Origin: Prevotella sp. | GTDB taxonomy: Bacteria > Bacteroidota > Bacteroidia > Bacteroidales > Dysgonomonadaceae | Direction: 5' to 3' | DNA length: 64,000 bases | NCBI GenBank assembly: GCA_031285625.1 | Contig: JAITVV010000080.1 | Coordinates: forward strand, 55,902-119,901 | Part shown: positions 39,937 through 50,095 of the stretch, piece by piece | Numbering within the stretch: the stretch's first letter is position 1 | How the letters are laid out: every line of letters starts with the position of its first letter | Program-made: the position numbers and the translations under genes | The notes under the pieces: model-generated | The model's database searches: none | Told to the model about the DNA's origin: nothing | Seen by the model: the letters and a program-made list of their open reading frames with translations, nothing else

Positions 39937-41373
39937 TTAGCCTTTTGTTTCCAGATATACGACATGTGTTTGGAGATATTCTTCAAGTCCGTGTTTTCCA
40001 TCTGCACCACCAATACCCGATTTACGCCATCCGGCATGGAATCCCTGCATAGCCTCAAAGTTTTCCCGGTTGATGTAGGTTTCGCCAAATTTGAGAGCTC
40101 TAACCAGTTTAAAGGCTGTATCCAGATTCTGAGTATAGACAGACGATGTTAAACCATATTCACAATCATTAGCCCATGTAATAGCATCGTTTATATCCGT
40201 AAAATCTACAATAGGTAATACAGGCCCAAATGTTTCTTCCTGTATGATGTCCATTTTTTGAGTAGCATCTGTAAGTATAGTCGGTTCAAAGAAATAGCCC
40301 TTGTCTCCAATGCGATTTCCTCCCAAGGCCAGTTTTGCCCCTTGTTTTATCGCTTTCTCTACTTTTTCACTTACTGATTTCAAGGCATTTGCTTCTACAA
40401 GAGGTCCCATATCCAGATCTGTGATTTCGGATGGATTTCCTACTTTCACAGCTTTCATTCCTGCAATTAATTTCTCAAGAAAAGCTTCTTTTACCTTTTT
40501 GTGAACATATACACGCTCTGCACAATTGCAGACTTGCCCTGTGTTGATTACACGCGATGCTATAATAGACTTTACAGCTAAGTCAAGATCTGCATCGTCC
40601 ATAACAATAGCCGGAGCTTTACCTCCCAGTTCGAGCGATACTTTTGTTACATTGGTAGCCGCAGCTTCCATTGTTTGTATTCCTGCGCTCACACTACCAG
40701 TGAGGCTGACCATTCCAACCTTAGGGTTAGCTGCCAGTTCATGCCCTATAACAGAACCACGCCCCATGACCAGATTGAACACTCCGGCAGGCACACCAAC
40801 TTCTTCTACAATCTGTGCAAATACATAAGCATTTTCAGGTGTTATCTGGCTTGGTTTCACTACTATGGTATTTCCGGTTACCAGAGCTGGTGCAGCTTTA
40901 CGTGCTATAAGGAAGAAAGGGAAATTCCACGGCAGAATCCCGGTTGTAACTCCGATTGGTTTCTTAAATAGAAAGATATTTTCATTTGGGCGGTCGCTTT
41001 GGATAATTTCACCTTCGTATCTGCGTGCCCATCCAGCCATATATTCAAGATAATCGGCAGTAAACAGGACTTCAACATTAGCCAAACCTTGTGTTTTACC
41101 TCCTTCACGAACAATTATATCGGTTAATTCTTTTTCTCTTTTACGGATCCCTGCTGCAATTTTTATCAGGTAACCGGCTCTTTCTACTGCAGGCGTCTTT
41201 TCCCATTTATCCTGAGCTTTCTCTGCTGCATCTATTGCTTTTTTTGCATCGTCAATAGTACCATCAGGCATTTTGGAGATTACTTCTTCGGTAGACGGAT
41301 TTAGTACATTGATCCATTTTCCGGATGTGTTTTGTACAAACTTTCCATCGATAAACATTTTTAATTCTTTCAT
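39937..41373 (-). CDS. aldA: Lactaldehyde dehydrogenase (AldA-like)
   Basis: ARRYEGEIIQSDRPNE, PWNFP, LELGGKAP, NTGQVCNC, ETFGP, GADGKHGL. Confidence 0.9.
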   Translation of the reverse strand: MKELKMFIDGKFVQNTSGKWINVLNPSTEEVISKMPDGTIDDAKKAIDAAEKAQDKWEKTPAVERAGYLIKIAAGIRKREKELTDIIVREGGKTQGLANVEVLFTADYLEYMAGWARRYEGEIIQSDRPNENIFLFKKPIGVTTGILPWNFPFFLIARKAAPALVTGNTIVVKPSQITPENAYVFAQIVEEVGVPAGVFNLVMGRGSVIGHELAANPKVGMVSLTGSVSAGIQTMEAAATNVTKVSLELGGKAPAIVMDDADLDLAVKSIIASRVINTGQVCNCAERVYVHKKVKEAFLEKLIAGMKAVKVGNPSEITDLDMGPLVEANALKSVSEKVEKAIKQGAKLALGGNRIGDKGYFFEPTILTDATQKMDIIQEETFGPVLPIVDFTDINDAITWANDCEYGLTSSVYTQNLDTAFKLVRALKFGETYINRENFEAMQGFHAGWRKSGIGGADGKHGLEEYLQTHVVYLETKG

Positions 41374-41523
41374 GATATTCTGGTTTAACGTTAGTTGTGG
41401 TAAATGATTTTACTAAATTACTAAATTTAAGACAATATTTATTTTGATTTTTGACAATAATATTCCATAATATGATGGTTTAAGATTATTTCATATATTT
41501 ACACCCTAATCAAAATTTGCAAA

Positions 41524-42477
41524 ATGAAAAGAGTAGCTATTACCGGAGCAGCAGGAAACTTAGGCGGGTTGTTGGCTCAGGGTATGAAGAATTTAAGTGT
41601 AAATTTAAACTTATTGATTCATAAAAAAGATGTAGCTGAAGATTTAAAGGGTAAAGAAAGTATTTCTGTTTTTAGGGTTGATCTGGCTAAACAGGAAACA
41701 CTAAATGAGGCTTTGACGAATGTTGATGTAATTGTGCATTTTGCAGGTATATTGTTTAAAGCTAATCCTGAGAAATTCTTACCAACCACAAATACGCAAT
41801 ATTTTAGAAATCTATTAGATGTTGCTGTAAAACAAAAAGTGAAGCGCGTAATTCTTATCAGCTTTCCTCATGTTGAAGGTGAGAATACTCCAGATAACCC
41901 GGCTACAGGAATACTTACGGGAAACCCCGAATCGATGCACGCACGCACAAGACTTGAAGAGGAAAAGTTATTATTCCAATATGGAGAAAAATATGGATTT
42001 GAAGCTGTTTCGTTACGTGTGGGAATGGTTTATGGCAAAGGTATTCTGATGATAGATGCCGGACAGTGGTTTGCGCGTCATTGGTTGCTGGGTATATGGA
42101 AGAAGCCTACTTATATTCATCTGATTTCAAAGGATGATTTTGTAGAAGCAACAATCGCCGCCTCTTTAAATCTTAATGTAAAGGGCATCTACCATATTGG
42201 TGATGAGGGAATACAGACATTGCAGCAATTTTTGGATGACATAACCGTATATAAAGGAAATCATAAACCTTGGCGCATGCCTGTATGGATGATAATGACA
42301 GCAGCCCGGGGATTTGAATTATTCTCTGCTATATTCGGTACACAGAGTCCATTAACTATTGATTTCGTAAAAATAGGAATGACATCTTATTATGGCGATA
42401 CCAGCCGTATGCGAACAGAGTTATTACCACAACTTAAATATAAGACGTATAAGGAAGGTATGGGGCTTTTTGATTGA
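41524..42477 (+). CDS. NAD-dependent epimerase/dehydratase-family protein
   Basis: ITGAAGNLG Rossmann motif, VIVHFAG. Confidence 0.8.
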   Translation: MKRVAITGAAGNLGGLLAQGMKNLSVNLNLLIHKKDVAEDLKGKESISVFRVDLAKQETLNEALTNVDVIVHFAGILFKANPEKFLPTTNTQYFRNLLDVAVKQKVKRVILISFPHVEGENTPDNPATGILTGNPESMHARTRLEEEKLLFQYGEKYGFEAVSLRVGMVYGKGILMIDAGQWFARHWLLGIWKKPTYIHLISKDDFVEATIAASLNLNVKGIYHIGDEGIQTLQQFLDDITVYKGNHKPWRMPVWMIMTAARGFELFSAIFGTQSPLTIDFVKIGMTSYYGDTSRMRTELLPQLKYKTYKEGMGLFD

Positions 42478-42483
42478 TAATAT

Positions 42484-42523
42484 AAAATAATAATGGCTGT
42501 ATTTATACAGCCATTATTATTTT
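42484..42523. terminator. Bidirectional terminator
   Basis: AAAATAATAATGGCTGTA...TACAGCCATTATTATTTT. Confidence 0.85.
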
Positions 42524-42526
42524 ATA

Positions 42527-44095
42527 TTATCTCGGTGCTAATCCGTCATCATCACTATTGGATTTCGTATTGATTGTAATTGGTTTTTGAAAGAAATCCA
42601 TAAATCTGTCATATGTACTTTCATAATACATTTTGCTGAATAATACGTCAGATCCCAATAGGGGTTCATCATCATACTTTATTTTGCTGGATATTTTCGC
42701 ATTACAGTTTTCTTTTGATGCTTCTGAACCATATTTCGAACATTCTTGCTGGAAGACAAAAAAGCGTGCAAGATTCTTAGATGAAGATAGTTTGTATTGT
42801 AAAACAAGATAGTTTGTTTTAAAGATTATAGCATCTTTTCTTTTAGGAGTATCAATCGCCTGCTCACTTATTCTTATCATATCATCCAGTGTATTACTTA
42901 AGTCTGCATGTGCAGCAAGCGGAAACCGGATTATAGATGAATTTTCGAGATCTGCAAATGCAGTCAGATAATCTTCTTTAGATATAAGATAAAATGTTTC
43001 ACCTGCATATTTCTCAAATCTGGTAATCAATATATAATCTTTTTCATCATATCTGAAGTTTCTCATTTCATATCTTCCTACTGTCTCAAAGCGGTAAGAA
43101 TAATTTGAATCTGTGACCCATTCGCTCTCACTATTCAGATACCATCCTTCGATTCCAGAAAAAGAAGCGATGGGAGCCGATATGGTAGCTTTTTCTTTAT
43201 TCTTTCTTATTGTGATATTTTCATTGTCTTGTACAGGCATTGCTTGTATTGTATCAGCTGCTACTGAAGGTCTGGGTTCAAAGTCGGATTCTTCAATCTC
43301 TGTTCTGGGAGCTATACTATTACTATTCTGTTGTGATGGCTCTGTATTCGTTGTTGCGACAGTTGCTGCTATGTCTCCCAAGTCAAACTCTTCATTTATT
43401 ATTTGCTTTGGTGCCGGTAATAAGATTTTATTAAATTCGTCCCATTTTGTTTCAAAATAGCTGCTCGTTAAGGCTTTGCTTGTTTCACTTGATTTTTCTG
43501 GTAGAAGAAAACGTACCACATCTTCGTTATCTACATGTTGGGCGTTTATGCTGAAATCATATTTAGGTGAGCTTTCGCCTGCTAGTATAGATTGTCCCAT
43601 TAACTGCAATAATTTGCTTGCAGAGTATATTCCATCATTATCAGACATGTAGCCATACGATGAAGAGTGGATCGTGAGTGTTTCTCCTGTTTTTGCTGCT
43701 ACAGTTGCTGCTATACTGGCATACGATTTACTAGTCATCAGATAATAATAAACCCGGCGTTCATTCTGTGTATTCGAGATATATACAGTTGTTTCATATA
43801 ATAACGCATACAAATCTTGTGCCCCGTTTTTCAGGGAAATTAGTTGTACCCATTTAAAGTTTTGCGGAACAGTATATTGTGTTGATTCATTTAGTTCTGT
43901 ATCAGATATAGCGTTCTGATTTGAAATCCAGTTACCCACGAGATCCTGTTGCCAGCCTGTAGCAACTCTCAGCTTTTCAGACTGACTTTGTATGGTCAGG
44001 CTATTGCTCTGTTTTGGATTCCGGCTTTGCCCTACTAACTGAGATGTAAAGCAGAAGGCAAATACGGTCAGGGTAAATAGTTTAAAGTATTTCAT
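42527..44095 (-). CDS. Hypothetical secreted protein with two homologous domains
   Basis: Signal peptide; duplicated GW.....W and RF...Y.E...F motifs around a low-complexity linker. Confidence 0.7.
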   Translation of the reverse strand: MKYFKLFTLTVFAFCFTSQLVGQSRNPKQSNSLTIQSQSEKLRVATGWQQDLVGNWISNQNAISDTELNESTQYTVPQNFKWVQLISLKNGAQDLYALLYETTVYISNTQNERRVYYYLMTSKSYASIAATVAAKTGETLTIHSSSYGYMSDNDGIYSASKLLQLMGQSILAGESSPKYDFSINAQHVDNEDVVRFLLPEKSSETSKALTSSYFETKWDEFNKILLPAPKQIINEEFDLGDIAATVATTNTEPSQQNSNSIAPRTEIEESDFEPRPSVAADTIQAMPVQDNENITIRKNKEKATISAPIASFSGIEGWYLNSESEWVTDSNYSYRFETVGRYEMRNFRYDEKDYILITRFEKYAGETFYLISKEDYLTAFADLENSSIIRFPLAAHADLSNTLDDMIRISEQAIDTPKRKDAIIFKTNYLVLQYKLSSSKNLARFFVFQQECSKYGSEASKENCNAKISSKIKYDDEPLLGSDVLFSKMYYESTYDRFMDFFQKPITINTKSNSDDDGLAPR

Positions 44096-44123
44096 AAGGC
44101 ATTTATCGATTTATAAGTATTTA

Positions 44124-44492
44124 TTATTCTATTTTCTTCCCAAACGGAACAAGTGCCAGATGTATTAGTTTGAAATGTTGTTTTCCAAACGGAATACCGA
44201 TAATCGTTATACAGAATAATACTCCCCAAAACAGATGTGTGAGTGCTATCCAGAATCCTCCAATAATAATCCATATTATGTTCATAATAAGGCTGAGGCA
44301 ACCTGAAGAATTTTCAATTTCCTTGACACTGCTTCCAAAAGGCCAAAGGGCTAATATTCCTAATTTGAAAGCTTGTAACCCAAATGGGATACCAATGATT
44401 GTGAGCATTAATAAAAAACCGGCAATAAAATATTCAAGGGCAATCATAAAGCCACCAAAAATTACCCATATAATATTTCCTAATGTCTTCAT
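44124..44492 (-). CDS. yccF: YccF-domain inner-membrane protein
   Basis: Two repeats of NIIW..GG...TIIGIPFG....K....L.PFG. Confidence 0.9.
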   Translation of the reverse strand: MKTLGNIIWVIFGGFMIALEYFIAGFLLMLTIIGIPFGLQAFKLGILALWPFGSSVKEIENSSGCLSLIMNIIWIIIGGFWIALTHLFWGVLFCITIIGIPFGKQHFKLIHLALVPFGKKIE

Positions 44493-44653
44493 ATATTTTT
44501 ATTTATAGTTGTTTGGGCAATGAACGCCAGTCCAAAATATTTTGACAAATATAGCATGATTTTGAATATGGATAACTCTTTTTCTCTATTTTTCAGAAAT
44601 GTAAATTCTTATTAATGGAAAATAATTCGTTTTTTTGTAACAAAAATAGTATT

Positions 44654-45037
44654 ATGTTTAGAATTTGTTATATGACATTTATACTCCTTATTTGCTGTTC
44701 GAGTAGCTGCAAGCGTTTCAATAGTGATGAGCTAAATCAGCAGATGATACAAGGAAAGTGGAGGCTTATGGATGTGAAGCGTAAAGCATATGATTCTATA
44801 CATATAGATTACGATAAACAAATTACTTATCTTGTTTTTGATGGGAATAAATGTACGCAGGAAATGGTAGGGCTTACGACTTCAAACTATACGTTTACCA
44901 TACATAATTATTCATTAACCCTGTATGTTGATTCGGTATTTGAAAATAAACTGGAAATAAATACATTAACTGAGGACTCCCTTATATTTACCCAAGGGCG
45001 TGATAGTAAATGGCAGTATATAAGAATGGAGCAATAA
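44654..45037 (+). CDS. Lipocalin-like lipoprotein
   Basis: Hydrophobic signal with Cys, IQGKW, I..LTEDSL; start uncertain. Confidence 0.6.
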   Translation: MFRICYMTFILLICCSSSCKRFNSDELNQQMIQGKWRLMDVKRKAYDSIHIDYDKQITYLVFDGNKCTQEMVGLTTSNYTFTIHNYSLTLYVDSVFENKLEINTLTEDSLIFTQGRDSKWQYIRMEQ

Positions 45038-45053
45038 TCTATTGCTCCACTTT

Positions 45054-46046
45054 TTATTTAACTCTTTTGAAATATCTTTTCTCCTGGTAATATAATTCCG
45101 GTTTTGCATCCGTTCTTAATTGATTTAAGTCAATAAATGAATCTATGGTTTGTCCGTTGTCAGGATCTTTTCTATCTTGCCATTCTGTTATCCAAAGCCA
45201 GAACGCCTGAGGGCCCCATTTTTCGGTTTTTTCATTATATTCATTAGGAGCAATATAGTATATAACATCATCAACTATTTTTACCTCCAGATTTCTATAT
45301 GATGTTTCATCCCAAAACATATTTCCATCATCATCCCAACCTTTTAGCTTAAGAGAAACTCTTTTCTTTCCCTGGGTATCGATGGTAAATGTAAATGAGT
45401 TTCCTTTGAGGGTATCCAATTCTAATTGGGAATGCTTCTCTTCATATTTACCATTATTGAGTAATAAATAATCATATATTTCCCATGTTCCTAGCATTTC
45501 ATTAAATCGGGTATCCATATCTATCTTCTCTATATCAGGATGCACTTTAGGTGCTCTTTCAAGATTACGCATAGCCCTGTTATCCTTAACATTCCATTTA
45601 TCAATCGTAAAGAATTTAAATACACTTATTGTTTCTTTCTTTTCCAAGAAAACCCCAATAGTTTCAATATTCTGGTAGGCAGTATCCCGTCCATTATGCA
45701 TGGTCACATCCATTATAATAGATTGGCCATCTATCTTGTATGTACCTTTATCAATAACCTGATCTACAAGATTTAAGTTTTCAAAGATGTAAGAACCGTC
45801 CGATCCTTTATAAAACTTATTTATAAAGCCATCATAGTCTGGTCTGCGGAAAACCGGTAAATTGGTACCTCCTGAAGATACCTGTTTGGCTGAATAGTAT
45901 ACCTCCCAAGTACCAAGAAGATCATCTTCCTTTGGATTTTCAATAGGTTTAGGAGGAATTTCTTTTTCATCCGGGCTGTCACTATTGCAACTACTGAAGC
46001 CTAATAAGGTAAGGGCAAGAAAGATAAGATATAAGTATTTTTTCAT
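45054..46046 (-). CDS. Surface lipoprotein with two lipocalin-like domains
   Basis: Lipobox FSSC with acidic export signal; LLGTWEVY and MLGTWEIY repeats. Confidence 0.7.
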   Translation of the reverse strand: MKKYLYLIFLALTLLGFSSCNSDSPDEKEIPPKPIENPKEDDLLGTWEVYYSAKQVSSGGTNLPVFRRPDYDGFINKFYKGSDGSYIFENLNLVDQVIDKGTYKIDGQSIIMDVTMHNGRDTAYQNIETIGVFLEKKETISVFKFFTIDKWNVKDNRAMRNLERAPKVHPDIEKIDMDTRFNEMLGTWEIYDYLLLNNGKYEEKHSQLELDTLKGNSFTFTIDTQGKKRVSLKLKGWDDDGNMFWDETSYRNLEVKIVDDVIYYIAPNEYNEKTEKWGPQAFWLWITEWQDRKDPDNGQTIDSFIDLNQLRTDAKPELYYQEKRYFKRVK

Positions 46047-46216
46047 TTTGAATGAACCGTTGTGTATTGGTTTATGTATTGCAAAGATACGATAAATATA
46101 TAAAAGAATAAGATACTATTTGTTTTTTAACTAGATACTGTGCTGTAACATACTGTTTTGCATCATTCTGTGTTTATAACGAATCAATATGGTTATTATT
46201 GCCTGTCAATTAAGTT

Positions 46217-46636
46217 TTATTGCGTTAAGTCTTGTTTTTTCAACAGTAGTTTATAACTATAATCATAATCTGTGACCATTGCAGTCATCAGGTTGCTGTT
46301 GATAGATAGCACTTTTAGAGATATTTGCTTCGCTTTTCTATTGTGCGCATTGCCTTTTAGGAAGTCAAGATAGATAATGCTTATAACATCTTCGTGTATT
46401 GTATATTTACCTGCTACATTGAATAAAATAACACCATCTGATGCTTCACCCAAATGGAAAGTATCATTGTCGCGAAAGATATATGTATATGGAAACTCTA
46501 TATCCTCTATCTGGTTATTTATTTCTTTTACTTCCACCCAGCGTCCGATTATATCCTCCTTGTTCAATAATACATTTTGTGAAAAAGTATTTTGAAAGAA
46601 GGGAAAGAATAGTAGAAGTATTATGACTTTCTTCAT
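46217..46636 (-). CDS. Hypothetical secreted lipocalin-like protein
   Basis: Signal peptide from MKKVIILL; IIGRW, GKYTI. Confidence 0.6.
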   Translation of the reverse strand: MKKVIILLLFFPFFQNTFSQNVLLNKEDIIGRWVEVKEINNQIEDIEFPYTYIFRDNDTFHLGEASDGVILFNVAGKYTIHEDVISIIYLDFLKGNAHNRKAKQISLKVLSINSNLMTAMVTDYDYSYKLLLKKQDLTQ

Positions 46637-46650
46637 TATTTGTATTTTGT

Positions 46651-46706
46651 TAAAAAGTGACAAAGGTAACAGCTTTTTACCGTTTCTGTATTGTAACCTT
46701 TTCTAT
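46651..46706 (-). repeat. GTYAC-rich dispersed repeat, partial copy D
   Basis: Reverse complement ATAGAAAAGGTTACAA...AAAAAGCTGTTACCTTTGTCACTTTTT. Confidence 0.7.
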
Positions 46707-46751
46707 CGTAGTATTTGTTATAGATAAAACAATAAACATAAAGTAATAGTT

Positions 46752-47405
46752 TTACATACTTGCTATTTCATCCGATTCATATACATGATAACCTACTGTA
46801 CCCTGTTGTGCTATATTAAACATTGCATTGGCTACTTTCTTAGATTTTACCGGACGATATTTTCTTAGTTTTCCAACCATGAATACAGAGAAAATTTTCA
46901 TTGCATATTCTCCCAGCTTTTCACCCAGACGGAATTCTTTCCTGTTTCCGATCAATAGAGATGGACGAAATATGGAGATAGACTGAAATGGCAGTTTTCT
47001 CAATTGCTCTTCACATTTTCCTTTAGTGCGCAAATAGAAATTGCTGGATTCGGGATTGGCCCCGATAGAGGAGATTATCGAAAATTGTTTTACTCCGTTT
47101 TTAGCTCCTGTCTTAGCAAATTCGACAGGATAGGTCAGGTCTACTTTTTCAAAAGCTTCCTGACTTCCGGCTTGTTTGATAGTGGTGCCAAGACAACAGA
47201 ACATATCATTCCCTTCCACATAGTCCTGATATGATTCGACATTGTCAAAATCGACAACATGCTGAATCAGTTTTGGATGAGATATTTTTGTTTGCCGGCG
47301 TACAAAGCTGATTACCTTATCATATACATCGCTCGAAAGTAATGTCTTTAATAAATGGGAACCGGTTAGTCCTGTACTACCTATTATAATTGCAGTTTTT
47401 GTCAT
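46752..47405 (-). CDS. NAD(P)-binding atypical SDR (TIP30/CC3/YraR-like)
   Basis: GSTGLTG, CCLGTT...AGS, NFYLRTKG, RPSLL. Confidence 0.88.
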   Translation of the reverse strand: MTKTAIIIGSTGLTGSHLLKTLLSSDVYDKVISFVRRQTKISHPKLIQHVVDFDNVESYQDYVEGNDMFCCLGTTIKQAGSQEAFEKVDLTYPVEFAKTGAKNGVKQFSIISSIGANPESSNFYLRTKGKCEEQLRKLPFQSISIFRPSLLIGNRKEFRLGEKLGEYAMKIFSVFMVGKLRKYRPVKSKKVANAMFNIAQQGTVGYHVYESDEIASM

Positions 47406-47510
47406 TCTTATTTCTTAAATTTAATTGTTTCTTAGATAGTTATGTCAATAATAGTGCCAATATGGTTTTATATTTGTTATTTTAAACTATATTATGAAAT
47501 ATCATTTATG

Positions 47511-49973
47511 TTAATCTAAATCAACAACAGTGATCCCTGTTCCTCCAAACTGTACATGCTCATCCTGATAATTACGGACTCCCGGAGCACTATGCAGATA
47601 ATCCCTGATGATTTGTCTTAATGCTCCTGTGCCCGTTCCATGAAGGATACGGACACGGGACATACCTACTAATACAGCATCATCGATAAAATACATCACA
47701 GCTTGTAGCGCTTCGTCGCCTCTCATACCTCTCACATCGATATCTTGCTTGAAGTTAAGCTTTTTTTCTCGTACATCATCAGTGGCAGCGGCACTCATTA
47801 ATGTGCTTTTTGTATCCCGTTTAACCTGATTTTTGCTTACATATTCCAGCGTATCGAGCTTCGCAGTCGATTTTATCATACCGAAAGCAACAATAGCACT
47901 ATCTTTTTTTATATCCAGTACTTGTCCTATAGATGTCTGCCCTTTAATGCGCACATTATCTCCAACAGATATCGGTTGCTGTCTTTGCTCTTTAGGCTGT
48001 TTGTCCTTTTGTTTCTTTGTTTTTTCTTTGTCTTTTATTTTTTGAATTTTACGGGCGATCTTATCATCCGTAAAATTATCATCGTTTCCTAGTGTCGATT
48101 TAAAATCATTAAGCGATTGCCGCGCTTCTTTGGTTTTCTCCTTTTCAGCTTGAGATTCCCTTATTGTACGTATTGTATTTTCTATCTTCGCATTAGCTTC
48201 TGATAATATGCGTTCTGCTTCAGTTTTTGCCTGACGGAGTATTTCTTTGCGCTGTTTATCTACAGCAAGCAAGTCGGTTTCGTAAGTTTCTGTAATTTCT
48301 TCAAGCCGTTTTTCTTTTTGGCGAACACTTTGTCGTTTGGTTTCCCAATAACGTTTGTCACGGACTATATCTTGCAAATACTTGTCCATATTGATATAGT
48401 CACTACCAACAATTTCAGAAGCATCTGCAATAACATCTTCTGGAAGGCCAATCTTTCGCGCAATTTCTATAGCAAACGAACTTCCCGGATTGCCAATAGA
48501 AAGGGTAAATAACGGTTGCATCAGATGGCGGTCATAGAGCATAGCCCCGTTTACCACGCCTTTGTGCTCATTTGCGTAATGCTTCAGATTCTGATAGTGT
48601 GTTGTTATTACACCGAATGCTTCTTTTTCATTAAAGCGTTTAAGTAATGATTCAGCAATAGCACCCCCTATCTGAGGTTCAGTACCACCTCCGAATTCGT
48701 CAATGAGCAAAATTGTATTCTTATCACAGTTCCTGACAAAATATTTCATGTTGGTCAGATGCGAGCTATATGTACTCAGGTCGTTTTCTATAGATTGTTC
48801 ATCACCTATATCTATAAATATATTATCAAATACTCCAACAATAGAATTCTCGGCCAGTGGAATAGGAACTCCGCATTGAACCATATATTGCAAAAGTCCT
48901 ACGGTTTTCAAACATACGGACTTTCCTCCGGCATTGGGTCCTGAAATAATAAGTAGTCGCTTGTCCTCTTCAAGCTCTATATCAAGAGGGACGATATTTT
49001 TATTTTGTTTCCTGTGAGATATGAACAATAAAGGATGCTTAGCCCTATACCACCTGATAATCTGTTTGTTTTCCATTGGTGGTTTGATGGCATCAATATC
49101 GATAGCAAAAGTAGCTTTGGCTCTGATGAAATCTATCATAGCCAGAAATTCATAGGATTGCAAGATCTCGGGAACAAGCGGGCGTAGAATATCCGTGAAT
49201 GCGATTAGTATTTTTACTATCTCGCGACGTTCTTCACTTTCCAGCTCTCTTATGCGATTATTAGCTTCCACCACCTCGGCAGGTTCTATAAACACGGTTT
49301 TTCCGGAAGCAGACTCATCATGTACGATTCCCTTTATTTTTCGTTTGAATGCAGGGGCAACAGGTATCACCAGACGTCCGTCACGCATTGTTGGGGTTAC
49401 GTCTTTTTCTACAAGGCCCTCACTTTGAGCTGATCGGAGAATTGCATTTAAGCTTCGAGAAATACCACCCGCTACATGTGCAATATCTTTTCGTATGCGA
49501 TTCAGTTCGGATGAAGCATTATCCTTTATACGTCCAAACTTATCTAGAATGTTATCTATCCTGCTGATTAGCTGTGGAAAGACAATAACTTCGCCTGCTA
49601 AAGCATATAAATAAGGGTAAGCTGTGTTTTCTTCGTCTTCTTTCTTTAGAAAGGAAACGATATCACGTATTGTTTGTAGCGAACGGCGTAGGTCAAACAG
49701 GGCTATTTCATCTATCCATGTACCTTCTATCCGTATATTACGTAACGATGGACGGACATCCAAAAAGTAATTGGTAGGGAAGTTATCCTCTTCTTGTATA
49801 ATCCGGATAAATTCCTCTGTTTGTGATAATGCATCTGTTATATGTATGTAGTCAGAAGAAAAAAGCATTTCCTCGACCCTTTCTTCTCCTAATGGACTTA
49901 AGCATTTGGATGCAAGTATTTGACGAATTTTGTCAAATCCTATTTTATATTCAAAATTTTCAGGATAGATCAC
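47511..49973 (-). CDS. mutS2: MutS2 (MutS ATPase with Smr domain)
   Basis: SGPNAGGKS, DIGDEQS, DEFGGGTEP, C-terminal Smr (DVRGMR...HGTGTG). GTG start at 49973 preferred because the upstream start codon falls inside a TATCTTTG promoter. Confidence 0.95.
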   Translation of the reverse strand: MIYPENFEYKIGFDKIRQILASKCLSPLGEERVEEMLFSSDYIHITDALSQTEEFIRIIQEEDNFPTNYFLDVRPSLRNIRIEGTWIDEIALFDLRRSLQTIRDIVSFLKKEDEENTAYPYLYALAGEVIVFPQLISRIDNILDKFGRIKDNASSELNRIRKDIAHVAGGISRSLNAILRSAQSEGLVEKDVTPTMRDGRLVIPVAPAFKRKIKGIVHDESASGKTVFIEPAEVVEANNRIRELESEERREIVKILIAFTDILRPLVPEILQSYEFLAMIDFIRAKATFAIDIDAIKPPMENKQIIRWYRAKHPLLFISHRKQNKNIVPLDIELEEDKRLLIISGPNAGGKSVCLKTVGLLQYMVQCGVPIPLAENSIVGVFDNIFIDIGDEQSIENDLSTYSSHLTNMKYFVRNCDKNTILLIDEFGGGTEPQIGGAIAESLLKRFNEKEAFGVITTHYQNLKHYANEHKGVVNGAMLYDRHLMQPLFTLSIGNPGSSFAIEIARKIGLPEDVIADASEIVGSDYINMDKYLQDIVRDKRYWETKRQSVRQKEKRLEEITETYETDLLAVDKQRKEILRQAKTEAERILSEANAKIENTIRTIRESQAEKEKTKEARQSLNDFKSTLGNDDNFTDDKIARKIQKIKDKEKTKKQKDKQPKEQRQQPISVGDNVRIKGQTSIGQVLDIKKDSAIVAFGMIKSTAKLDTLEYVSKNQVKRDTKSTLMSAAATDDVREKKLNFKQDIDVRGMRGDEALQAVMYFIDDAVLVGMSRVRILHGTGTGALRQIIRDYLHSAPGVRNYQDEHVQFGGTGITVVDLD

Positions 49974-50057
49974 ACTATTATTTTTTATTGGGTGCAAAGA
50001 TAATGAATTTGCTTAAAAAGTTTTATTCTCATTTTTTTGTAAAATTGACATAGAATT

Positions 50058-50089
50058 TTTGTTAAATATAAAATTAAATTCTATTTTTG
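50058..50089 (+). promoter_or_regulatory. Bacteroidota sigma-A promoter with no protein gene directly downstream
   Basis: TTTG (50058-61), 20-nt spacer, TATTTTTG (50082-89). Confidence 0.55.
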
Positions 50090-50095
50090 TAGTGA

